This document shows positions 47,665 to 56,817 of a stretch of DNA of 64,000 bases, in pieces (the stretch's first letter is position 1; each line of letters starts with the position of its first letter). Under the pieces are notes generated by a model that was not told the DNA's origin, made no database searches, and was given only the letters and a program-made list of their open reading frames with translations. The stretch spans positions 480,001 to 544,000 of the forward strand of contig OZ253462.1 of NCBI GenBank assembly GCA_965261395.1, in the 5' to 3' direction. The stretch comes from Candidatus Latescibacterota bacterium. Its GTDB lineage: Bacteria; Latescibacterota; UBA2968; UBA8231. A program made the translations under genes and the position numbers.

Positions 47665-50475
47665 ATGGCTACAGGCGCTCGTACTGTGCAGCTTCTGATT
47701 GCGCTCATCTGCTTTTTCCTCTCTGGATTTGCGGGCCTAGTGTACGAGGTGGTCTGGATCCGCCAAGCTTCGTTGCTATTCGGCTCCACTACCTTTGCCC
47801 TCAGTACGGTCCTAGCGGTTTTCTTCTTAGGCCTAGCCTGCGGTTCGTACTTCTTCGGCCGCCACGGTCAGCGGACCGGCCATCCTCTGCTCGTTTTTGC
47901 TCTGGTTGAAATCGGCCTAGGGCTTTTGGTGCTAGCCAATCCCTATGCCTTCGAATTGGTAGACTCCCTCTACGGCACCGTCTACCAATCCCTGGCTGGG
48001 CACGCCATTTTGCACTTCCTGACTCGGATTGTTCTAGTGGGATTCGTGATCTTGCCGCCGACGGTTCTCATGGGCGCCACCCTCCCTCTCTTCTGTCGTC
48101 AGTTTGTGCGCAGTGATGCCAAAATCGCTCGTTCCGTCGGCTTGCTCTACGGCATCAACACCTTGGGCGCAGCCCTGGGTTGTGTCTGCGCCGGATTTAT
48201 CCTTTTGCCTGAGCTAGGCTTTCTGGGCACAGTACGACTCGGGGCAGTTCTGAACATACTCGTAGGCGTCATCGCAGGGTCTCTGCCAATCGCCAGAAGC
48301 GGACTGGCTCGACTCCAGCTTCTAGGGACGGAAGAGAGAGGTCATTGGGGTGTATTTGCGCTGTTTTTTGCCGTTGGCTTTGTAGCGATAGGAGGTGAGG
48401 TGCTGTGGACGCGCTATTTGGGACTTTTGATCGCCAATACAGTGTACACCTATACGCTGACCTTGGCCGTAGTGCTAGTAGGTTTAGTGTTGGGGAGCAT
48501 GCTTGCCTCCCTGTTCTTTGATGGGACGATACATAGAGCACGGTATTTCGGCGTTATCCAGGTGCTCTTGGGGCTGGTAGTACTCCTCCTAATGATGCTC
48601 CCGTCTGACATCTGGCGGCGTCTGGGGGAGGAGTGGTGGATTTATGCAGTTTTACTGCTGCCTCCTGCTGTTTTAGGAGGTGCGTCTTTTCCGCTGGCGG
48701 TGAGAATGGTGGTCGAGGACGCATCCGCGGCGAGCAGTGGCACGGGGAAAATCGCCGCAGTCAACACATTGGGGGGGATCGCAGGATCATTGGCGATCGG
48801 CTTTGTGGGCCTGCCATTCTTCGGCCTGGAGAGCAGTCTCCTCTTCATCACGGGCACGAGCTTGGCTGTCGGGTTCGCTGCGTGGATCTGGCTCGACCGC
48901 ACATCTACCCTAGCCGTTAAAGCGGCATTCATAGTGCTCTCCTCGTGCGTATGGCTCGGAGTTCCCTATCTGATGGCCACCCGTATTCCCGCCGACTTTC
49001 TGGGCGAGCGAGAAGAGCTTGTCGACTTCCGCGAGGGTTATGGCTCCAACTTGGCGGTCATCCGCCAAGATCAAGGACTTCAACTCGAGATCAACCGCTG
49101 GTGGCAGGGCAGGGACCGCAAGACACACCAAGTAATGGCAGCCCACGTCCCTATGTTGTTGCATCCCGATCCCAAGCGGGTCCTCTTGGTGGGCGTCGGC
49201 ACCGGCCAGACCGCGGCTCGCTTTCTGCTCTACTCTATTGACCACCTAGAGTGCGTCGATATCGAACCTACCATCTTCGGTTTTATCCGCTCCCATTTCG
49301 ACTCCAGTTGGATGGCAGATCCCAGAGTCGAGCTAATCGGTGCCGATGGCCGCAACTATTTGCGCCATACCCCTTCGACTTACGATGTGATTTCCCTCGA
49401 ATTGGGCCAGCTTTCCCGTCCCGGCGTGGCGTCTTTCTACACGGCCGACTTCTATCACCAAGTGCAAAAACGGCTGCGTGCTGGCGGTTTTCTGGTCCAA
49501 TTTATCCCCTTGTCTCTTTTGACCGCCGACCATTTTCGCAGCACCGTGCGAAGCTTTCTAGAGGCTTTTCCCCATAGCCTGTTGTGGTACAATACTTCAG
49601 AACTGCTGCTCATCGGTGGCGGACGGGATTTCGCCGTTGATCGGGCCGTTGTCGAAGGACGTCTGTCCAGCGAAAAAATTCGCCGCGATCTGGAGTACAG
49701 CCACTGGGGAGGCCCCCTCTACTGGCTCAACCGACCACAGGTCTTTTTGGGCAGCTATCTGATGGGATCCGCTGGTTTGGCCAAACTGGCGAATGAGGCC
49801 CCGATCTACAGGGATGATCGGCCCGTTCTCGACTATGCGGTCGCCCGCGCCTTTGCAAATCGGACAAACGCGCTCGCGACGCTCGATCTTCTGCAAAAGC
49901 ATTTGGAACCCTTCGCCACCTTGATGCCTATTGGACCAGATGAAAATAGGACCCTTGAGGAAATACGGACCAAAAACTTGCGGGAAATTGCCGCTAGCGC
50001 CGCCCTCCGGCAAGCTAAAGCCCTAATCGCCGTCCGAAACTATCTGGACGCCTCGAGACTGTTGGCAGGCACCCTAGACCAACTACCCGAGCACCTAGTG
50101 GCTAGGCGCACTCTAGCGGATGTACTAATGCGCTTGGGCCGCTTTGAAGAAGCGAGGGCCCATTACACCCAAGTCGTAGAAATCGCCCGGGGGGATGTAC
50201 AGGCCTTGGACGGCTTGGCTCTGGCATTCCACCAATTGGGGCGTCTCGACGAAGCGATCCACCACTACAAGGCTGCGCTACGGCTACAGCCCGACCGGGC
50301 GGCAACCTGTAGCAATCTCGGCGGAGCACTAGCTCGGCGAGGAAAGCTAAAAGAAGCCCAATTCTATCTCGAAAAAGCACTCCAGCTCAAAACTGACTTC
50401 GCCGATGCCAAACGCAACCTCGCCCAAGTACAAGCGGCCTTACAGCGCAGGGAGCAATCGCGCCCTTCACCGTGA
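47665..50475 (+). CDS. Fused multi-TM / spermidine-synthase-like protein with C-terminal TPRs
   Basis: SGFAGLVYEVVW, PTVLMGATLP, LYGINTLGA, VLLVGVGTGQT, DGRNYL, TPR tail. Confidence 0.9.
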   Translation: MATGARTVQLLIALICFFLSGFAGLVYEVVWIRQASLLFGSTTFALSTVLAVFFLGLACGSYFFGRHGQRTGHPLLVFALVEIGLGLLVLANPYAFELVDSLYGTVYQSLAGHAILHFLTRIVLVGFVILPPTVLMGATLPLFCRQFVRSDAKIARSVGLLYGINTLGAALGCVCAGFILLPELGFLGTVRLGAVLNILVGVIAGSLPIARSGLARLQLLGTEERGHWGVFALFFAVGFVAIGGEVLWTRYLGLLIANTVYTYTLTLAVVLVGLVLGSMLASLFFDGTIHRARYFGVIQVLLGLVVLLLMMLPSDIWRRLGEEWWIYAVLLLPPAVLGGASFPLAVRMVVEDASAASSGTGKIAAVNTLGGIAGSLAIGFVGLPFFGLESSLLFITGTSLAVGFAAWIWLDRTSTLAVKAAFIVLSSCVWLGVPYLMATRIPADFLGEREELVDFREGYGSNLAVIRQDQGLQLEINRWWQGRDRKTHQVMAAHVPMLLHPDPKRVLLVGVGTGQTAARFLLYSIDHLECVDIEPTIFGFIRSHFDSSWMADPRVELIGADGRNYLRHTPSTYDVISLELGQLSRPGVASFYTADFYHQVQKRLRAGGFLVQFIPLSLLTADHFRSTVRSFLEAFPHSLLWYNTSELLLIGGGRDFAVDRAVVEGRLSSEKIRRDLEYSHWGGPLYWLNRPQVFLGSYLMGSAGLAKLANEAPIYRDDRPVLDYAVARAFANRTNALATLDLLQKHLEPFATLMPIGPDENRTLEEIRTKNLREIAASAALRQAKALIAVRNYLDASRLLAGTLDQLPEHLVARRTLADVLMRLGRFEEARAHYTQVVEIARGDVQALDGLALAFHQLGRLDEAIHHYKAALRLQPDRAATCSNLGGALARRGKLKEAQFYLEKALQLKTDFADAKRNLAQVQAALQRREQSRPSP

Positions 50476-50500
50476 AGCTGGAGTTTGTTGAGCCTGCTTT

Positions 50501-51397
50501 TTACCGCACGAGCGTCATCTTGCGGCTCTCTGCTCTCTTGCCGCTCTTCAAACGGTAAAAGTAGATGCCGGAGGGAACCGGCTGCCCTCCGGCGTCCCGA
50601 CCTTCCCAATTCACCCTATAACGACCGATCTGCAACCGCCCAACCACCAGATTGACCACAGGCCGTCCCAGTACATCAAAAACCTGTAAATGCACTTCTG
50701 TTTCACTGGACAAGCTAAAAGGGATGACTGTGCCGCTGTTAAAGGGATTGGGGTAATTACTCTCCAACTCAAAATTCCTTGGTTGCCCCTTCGACATCTC
50801 CAGCCCTGCGGTCGCCTCTAGCTGTTCCCGTTCCTTATCGCCAGCCAAAATCGCCGCGCCCAAATTATCTAGCGCCTCCTCAATGTGCTGGCGGATAACC
50901 TGTTCGTTGAACCGACGGGCAACAGCGCCCACCGAACGATAGCGCAAAATCCCCTCGTGGTCGATCACCGCATAGTTATGCTGGGTAAAACCATAGAGGG
51001 ATCCTACTGTACTGGCTTGGAGAAGAAGAGGGTAGGTCGTTCCTGTTCTCTGGCGAAAACTCAAGTCCACCTGTTGGCTGATGCCGTCCGCTACATCCAC
51101 GCCAATTAAGACGAATTCCTCCCCTTTAAAATCCTGCCAAATCTGCTCTATCTTCGCGGCCTCCGCGAGACAGTGACTTCAGATAAAACCGAAAAAGTTG
51201 ATAAGGACCACCTTGCCGCGAAAATCGCTCAGAGATACATAGTCGCCCTCTAGCTGCTGCAAAGTGAAACCCGGCGCTAGCTTGCCCGCCTCGGGCACTT
51301 GCCCCATCGTCCCTTGGACGCTTAACAGCAGAGCGATCAGTGGTCCCCAAACAACACCTCTGCTCGCCTTCACACGGTAGTTCATCACCTTGACCAT
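50501..51397 (-). CDS. Probable selenoprotein: secreted TlpA/redoxin (UxxC) with FlgD/T9SS-type C-terminal domain
   Basis: ORFs 51179..51397 and 50501..51100 are in frame, separated only by TGA 51181-51179: SLSDFRGKVVLINFFGFI-U-SHCLAEAAKIEQIWQDFK...; C-terminus NYPNPFN...WEGRDAGGQPVPSGIYFYRL. Confidence 0.85.
51148..51173 (-). promoter_or_regulatory. Bacterial SECIS-like hairpin
   Basis: Starts 6 nt after the UGA: CUGUCU-CGCGG-AGG-CCGCG-A-AGAUAG, an 11-bp stem with one bulge and a G-containing apical loop. Confidence 0.65.
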
Positions 51398-51497
51398 TTT
51401 GATATATTTTATCTATTCTTCTATGTTCACCTTGCACTATTTAGCCCATAATTGGATCAATTGGAATTTTTGGTTTCCGTAAATAGAAAAAGATTAG

Positions 51498-53147
51498 ATG
51501 AAACATCTCCTACTGGCCTGCTTAGTTCTTTCGCTTAGCTGCAAAAGCCCCCCTCAAGAACCTCTCGTGGCGGAAGTTGGCCCGCACCAGATCAATGCAC
51601 ACCTGTTGCGCCTCTACGTGGAGGAGCTACCCGACGGGCTACGGACCCAAAAGACAGGCGAGGAGGCCCTCCGGTACTACCTCCAAGCCCTGATAGATCG
51701 CCGACTTTTGCTGATAGAGGCCCGTTCCCGAGGATTCGATGCCACTAACACCTTTCAAAATTCAGTCCAAGACGCCGTCAATTCTCGGGTCAGGTCAGTA
51801 TATAAAGCACAGGAGATAGCTTCTAAAGTCAAAATATCAAATGAGACAGTCCATCGCTATTTTGAAAAGGAAGGCTACAGCCGAGAGCGCCTGCTCAATG
51901 CCATCAAAGCAGGGAGCCGGGTTGCCATAGACACCGTTCTTCAGGAACTGAGGGCGGGCCGCTCCTTCGCGGAGGTCGCCCGGGCTCGCTCTCTGGACAA
52001 GCGCTCGGCCGAACGGGGTGGCGAGTTGGGCTTTATCGGCCGGGACCAGCTCGAGTCGCTTCACATCCCACCGGAGGTCTACAAGACCCTGCCTCAAGAT
52101 CAGCTGTCAGAGCCCCTGCCCGCGGGTTCTGCTTGGCATATTCTGCGCTTTAGTGAAGACCGGCCGGCCTCTTATGAGAAATATCAAGCGAAGATTGCCA
52201 GTTTACTCTACCAAAAGCGCCTTGCCCAGGTAGAGGCCGAGCACTTGGAGCAACTGCGCGATTCCTTCAACGTGCGCCTGAACCCGTCCGGTCTGCGCAA
52301 GTTGGTCAACGCCTATAAGGCAAAGCAACCCACGCGCATAGAGGGAAATTCAACGGCTCTATATACCTACAAAGGCGGCGAAGTAACCCTAGGTCAGGTC
52401 CAGGAATTTTTGCGTCAGAGGAACATCAGTTTTGGCCTTGCCGACAGCGCCCAAGCTGTGGTCACCCTGAATCGGTATTTTTTGGAGGCCCATCTGATCC
52501 AGGAAGCAGCCCGGGAAAGCGGTTTTTACCAAATGCCCGAGATTCAGAAGTTTGTCGAGCGCACCACGAACGAAAAACTTCTTGAAACCGTGAGAAAGAG
52601 CGTCATAGCCGACCTAGTTGACCTCTCCGAAGAAGACGTGCGCCACTATTACGACACCAATTTGGAGACCTTCCGCCACAGCGAGGCCATATGGGTTGAG
52701 GAAGTGCTGCTCCCCACTCAGACCGACGCCCTGCAGGTCAAAGCCCAAATAAAAGCCGGGGCACCCTTTGATCAATTCGTCGATAAGAGCTTGAGGGCAG
52801 ACGCACAAAAATACAATGGGCGATATCATTTCCACATGCTGGGAAAAGTCCGCTATCCCGTGCTTGTACCCGCTGTTTTCCAAGCCCAACAGGGCCTACT
52901 TGAAGGTCCTTTGCAAGTAGAGGGAGGCTACTCTGTATTCCGCGTTATAGAACGGGAAGAGAGCAGCATCGAACCTTTTGAGACCGCTCAGCGACAGGCC
53001 TGGGCACTGGTCCGTCTAGAGCGGGAGACCCAAGCGCTAAATGCCTTTCTGGTGCAACTGAGGGAGAAATACGCCGACCAGATCAAAATCTACCCCGATC
53101 GCCTCAAGGAAGCAGTGCCCGACTCCCTATTACTGGCCCAAAACTAA
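51498..53147 (+). CDS. PrsA/SurA-like peptidyl-prolyl isomerase lipoprotein (two parvulin-like domains)
   Basis: LSLSC lipobox; FAEVARARSLD..SAERGGELGF; GPLQVEGGYSVFRV. Confidence 0.88.
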   Translation: MKHLLLACLVLSLSCKSPPQEPLVAEVGPHQINAHLLRLYVEELPDGLRTQKTGEEALRYYLQALIDRRLLLIEARSRGFDATNTFQNSVQDAVNSRVRSVYKAQEIASKVKISNETVHRYFEKEGYSRERLLNAIKAGSRVAIDTVLQELRAGRSFAEVARARSLDKRSAERGGELGFIGRDQLESLHIPPEVYKTLPQDQLSEPLPAGSAWHILRFSEDRPASYEKYQAKIASLLYQKRLAQVEAEHLEQLRDSFNVRLNPSGLRKLVNAYKAKQPTRIEGNSTALYTYKGGEVTLGQVQEFLRQRNISFGLADSAQAVVTLNRYFLEAHLIQEAARESGFYQMPEIQKFVERTTNEKLLETVRKSVIADLVDLSEEDVRHYYDTNLETFRHSEAIWVEEVLLPTQTDALQVKAQIKAGAPFDQFVDKSLRADAQKYNGRYHFHMLGKVRYPVLVPAVFQAQQGLLEGPLQVEGGYSVFRVIEREESSIEPFETAQRQAWALVRLERETQALNAFLVQLREKYADQIKIYPDRLKEAVPDSLLLAQN

Positions 53148-53325
53148 AATTTGCGCCGGGAGTGCTGTCCGCCTTGCCGGCAAGACTTCGTAGTCTTTCG
53201 AACGGACCTAATAATTGACCAACCAAGCAAAGGTGCGTTCGACCACCTAGCGGCGCTTCGCCCCTTGACCTTTTTGCTGGCGTCGTATTCAATGGTTTTG
53301 CCCTGCCCGTTTTACCTTGCCTTGC

Positions 53326-53420
53326 GGTTTTGACGCTCTACTCGTTGACGACCCCATCCGCAGGGATGGGTCGACGGCCCTGCCGGGTTCGATCCTGTTG
53401 CGTTAGAGCGTCCAAAATCC
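53326..53420. ncRNA. Candidate structured RNA (three-way junction)
   Basis: Outer stem GACGCTCTA/TAGAGCGTC, extendable; inner hairpins CGACCCCATCC-GCAG-GGATGGGTCG and CGGG-TTCGAT-CCTG. Confidence 0.4.
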
Positions 53421-53607
53421 TTTCCCTATGGCCTTGTCGGCCCCAAAATGTGTTTTAAAAACGGTAATAAAAAATAAATATTGTTTACAATACTATATGT
53501 TCCTTAACATAAGTAGTACATTTCTCGGCCCTGACATCGTAGTGCTGAAACACAATGCTGCAGATCTTGCGCGGTTGATGCGTTCGATATGTGCACAGGA
53601 GGCCCCT

Positions 53608-56600
53608 ATGAGACTCCCGAGTCACCCCTCGCCCTGCCCTGCCCTGATTCTCATCTTTTTGCTCGGTCTGAACCTCGTCTCACCCCAGCCTACTGAAGCT
53701 CAGAAGCAGGGATACCGGATCGTCGGCAACCAAATCATTGTCAACTCCCCAGCCCATTGGGAGCGTTGGAGCATGCCCGGGCATGCCGTGAACATACTCT
53801 CCTCCGGCGGCGTCCACCCCCACTTCTCCCGCTCCCGATTCAATGTCCTAGACGACCTGGAAACCTATACTCGCCGCTTGTTAGATTTTAGGCGCAAGAA
53901 GAATCAGACCGCCGTCTTAAATATCGACAGCACCGAAACGCTGGATGTCTTCGGCAATATCATACGCGACCGCAAGGACAACCCCCTCTACACCTACCTA
54001 TCCCGCATAGGGATCAGCCGCGTCGGATCCAATCCTAGGGCGGCGGCCAACATTCTGGACGGCGATCCCAGCACTTTCTGGGAACCCGACTTCAACGACC
54101 CCATAGAGGACTGGTGGGTCGAGGTGGACCTCGGCCGGAGCCTGCCCGTCGACGAGTTGGTCTTAAATTTTGTCGATGAGTCGTTGGGCGACCCCTTCCG
54201 CCAGTTCAGAATATTGAGCGCTCCTTTCCAAAAGGTTATCAACCAAGAGGTGAACGAAATCCCCTTTCGCCGCGAAGGTGGGACCAAAGGCTCCAATCAG
54301 GACCAGCGGGTGTTCTCTTTCCCGTTGGACCAATTCCAGGCCGATCCCAACTGGATTGGGGAAACCATCCAGATAATCCGCATTGTAGTAACCGATTCCA
54401 AATTCGGCCGGGGCAAATTGATTTCAGAAGAGGAATGGTCTGCTCTGAACTCGGCGGATCGAGGAGATGTGGTCTATTTTATTAAGAACCGGCAGGGATT
54501 CGAAGAACCAGTTGAAAAATCTGTCTACGACGGTCTGTCGCCCGAACGCCAAGGCAAGATAGAGCACTACATCCGCGAACGGCCCCGGCTGGCCGACATC
54601 CAAGTCTGGGGATTTGGGGACAATCTCAGCCCGGGGCTCGTAGCAGGGGGCGGCTCAGCCGCCTTCCTGGGGGCCAACGATTCCTTTTCTCCGGCAACGG
54701 CATTTGACGGGGATGGAGGCTCCAATTTTATCCACCTAGTCTGGTCTCCAACGGTGGACCGGGGGGTTCTGTTCGTGGATATGGGGGCTACTTTCTGGTT
54801 GGACACCTTCCGCATGTCCTCCTCCCTGCCTCGACTTTTGATCGATGGCTATATTCTTCGCGGCTCGGACGGATCGCGTGATTCTAGCGGCCGGATCAAA
54901 TGGCGACGCATAAGTGCCCCGGCCCGAGAACACAACATGACAGATCGGTTCGAGCACCTGATGGACGTGTACCAGCCCCCTCCCAAAGTGCGATTTCTAG
55001 AAGTAATCATCGTCTCCGATGATCCCCGCCGCCGGGGCGGTTATACCGCCGGTCCGAATGTTTCCGAATACCAACTCTTCTCAAGTGGCTATCCGGCTGC
55101 CGTAGAGTTGGTCTCAGATCTGATCGAACTGCCGGGGACGCGGAATTTTGGCGGTATCACTTGGGAAGCAGAGACTCCGCCAGAGGCCACGCTGGAGGTG
55201 CGCACCCGCACTGGCGATCTGCTGGCCAAGGAAATCCGCTATTTCGACAAAGGTGGTACGGAAATTACCGCCGCCGCTTGGGGTAATCTCATCGGCAGTT
55301 TCAAAGGTCCGGCGGATACCACCCTTATCCCGACGAGAGGTTGGAGCCCTTGGAGCCGGGCCTACCAGAACCCGGGAGACCCGGTGACCTCCCCTGGGCT
55401 GCGAAAGTTCATGCAGATCCAAGTCAAAATGATCACGACCGACCGCAATGTTGCCGCCGCCATACAATCCATTGGCATTGAGATGGCCACCCCTGTGGCC
55501 GAACTCATTCTGGCCGAAGTGTGGCCCGTCGATATTCCTACTCCGGGCATCGTCGATACCTTTGAAGTATTTATCCAACCCAATTTTATCGAAAGTCCCT
55601 CTAGATCGCGCAGTACTGGGTTCGATGAAATCCTGCTGACCATGCCCGCTTCCCAAAGCATGGAACTCCTCGAAGTGGGCCTAGACACCGATCCCCAGAC
55701 CGATGGGGAAGATCAAGTTTTCCTTCCCATTGAAGAGGGAAGTTTCGTCGACGAAAACGGTGGGTTGCTCCGGTTCTTGGGTCCTACCACTGGCTCCGAT
55801 TCCATCTGGGTGCAACTACCCACCCCACTCCATAGCCTCTCCGATTTGCCCAAAATCTATAACAAAATCACCACAGAAGGGGATCAAGTCCCGGTAACAG
55901 GGGACGGCTTGCTGCTTTCGGGGGATTCTTACGGGCTGCTCGAAGACGAGGAAAAGGGAGATATTCTCTATTTCGATGCAGAGGGCAACTCCATCGATCA
56001 GGCCTCCTACCTTGCCCTCGAAGAGGAGGAGCAAGGCTCCGTGCGCTTCTTTAGGCTGCTGAACGGGGCGGGGGCTCAGTTCCCCTTCGACGAGGTGGGC
56101 GATTCCCTCGATGTTGCCGCCTACAACCGCCTCTCCAGCAGGATAAAAGGCAACATAGTCGGCCGAGGTCCGCTGGTACGGCTGCGCTATAGGGCACCGG
56201 TCTTTCTCAATGGCACTACTCTGCGCCTAGCTGTACGCAATACCAGCAGTGGCGCTGATGCTCCATGGCAGAGCATCGCTGCCGGCGATGCGACCCCTTT
56301 GGTGGGGAGCAATTCCCTTTCTATCAATGTGCCGTTAGAGAGTAAGCCCATCGATAAATTTAGTCTAGACCCCAATCCCTTCACCCCTAATGGGGATGGC
56401 ATCAACGACGAGGTGGTGATTCGCTTCTCCATCTTCAAAGTAACTGCCAGCCGCCAAGTGAAGGTGAAGATTTTCACTTTGGCTGGCCGCTCGGTATGGG
56501 AGACGACGCAGATGCTCGACAGCGGCCACGTTTCAATTCGCTGGTCTGGCGAAGACCGCAACGGCCAAAAAGTGGCACCCGGGCTCTACCTCTGCCAGCT

Positions 56601-56667
56601 AGAACTGGATGTAGACAACCAAGCAGACGGGTCCACCCAAACCCGTCTGCTTTCCGTCGCCTACTAG
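53608..56667 (+). CDS. Large secreted protein with discoidin-like segments and FlgD/CHU_C-like C-terminal domain
   Basis: AGGAGG RBS, signal peptide, NILDGDPSTFW..WWVEVDLGR, PNPFTPNGDGINDE...WSGEDRNGQKVAPGLYL. Confidence 0.85.
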   Translation: MRLPSHPSPCPALILIFLLGLNLVSPQPTEAQKQGYRIVGNQIIVNSPAHWERWSMPGHAVNILSSGGVHPHFSRSRFNVLDDLETYTRRLLDFRRKKNQTAVLNIDSTETLDVFGNIIRDRKDNPLYTYLSRIGISRVGSNPRAAANILDGDPSTFWEPDFNDPIEDWWVEVDLGRSLPVDELVLNFVDESLGDPFRQFRILSAPFQKVINQEVNEIPFRREGGTKGSNQDQRVFSFPLDQFQADPNWIGETIQIIRIVVTDSKFGRGKLISEEEWSALNSADRGDVVYFIKNRQGFEEPVEKSVYDGLSPERQGKIEHYIRERPRLADIQVWGFGDNLSPGLVAGGGSAAFLGANDSFSPATAFDGDGGSNFIHLVWSPTVDRGVLFVDMGATFWLDTFRMSSSLPRLLIDGYILRGSDGSRDSSGRIKWRRISAPAREHNMTDRFEHLMDVYQPPPKVRFLEVIIVSDDPRRRGGYTAGPNVSEYQLFSSGYPAAVELVSDLIELPGTRNFGGITWEAETPPEATLEVRTRTGDLLAKEIRYFDKGGTEITAAAWGNLIGSFKGPADTTLIPTRGWSPWSRAYQNPGDPVTSPGLRKFMQIQVKMITTDRNVAAAIQSIGIEMATPVAELILAEVWPVDIPTPGIVDTFEVFIQPNFIESPSRSRSTGFDEILLTMPASQSMELLEVGLDTDPQTDGEDQVFLPIEEGSFVDENGGLLRFLGPTTGSDSIWVQLPTPLHSLSDLPKIYNKITTEGDQVPVTGDGLLLSGDSYGLLEDEEKGDILYFDAEGNSIDQASYLALEEEEQGSVRFFRLLNGAGAQFPFDEVGDSLDVAAYNRLSSRIKGNIVGRGPLVRLRYRAPVFLNGTTLRLAVRNTSSGADAPWQSIAAGDATPLVGSNSLSINVPLESKPIDKFSLDPNPFTPNGDGINDEVVIRFSIFKVTASRQVKVKIFTLAGRSVWETTQMLDSGHVSIRWSGEDRNGQKVAPGLYLCQLELDVDNQADGSTQTRLLSVAY

Positions 56668-56817
56668 TGGGGACGACTCAAGGCTCATAGTCCGCTACCG
56701 ATGTGTTGGAAAGAGCTTGACAATCTGTCCAACTTAGTATATCTCTACGCGCTAATAATTCGAGTATAGGATCAGAGTACGATCCCGCTGAAGTTAAAGA
56801 CAAGACAAAGGAGGCAT

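Noticed and set aside
53332-53414. tRNA or tRNA-Sec (GGTTCGATCC and terminal CCA)
   Set aside because: T-stem geometry is non-canonical and there are no D or anticodon arms; kept only as a generic structured-RNA candidate.
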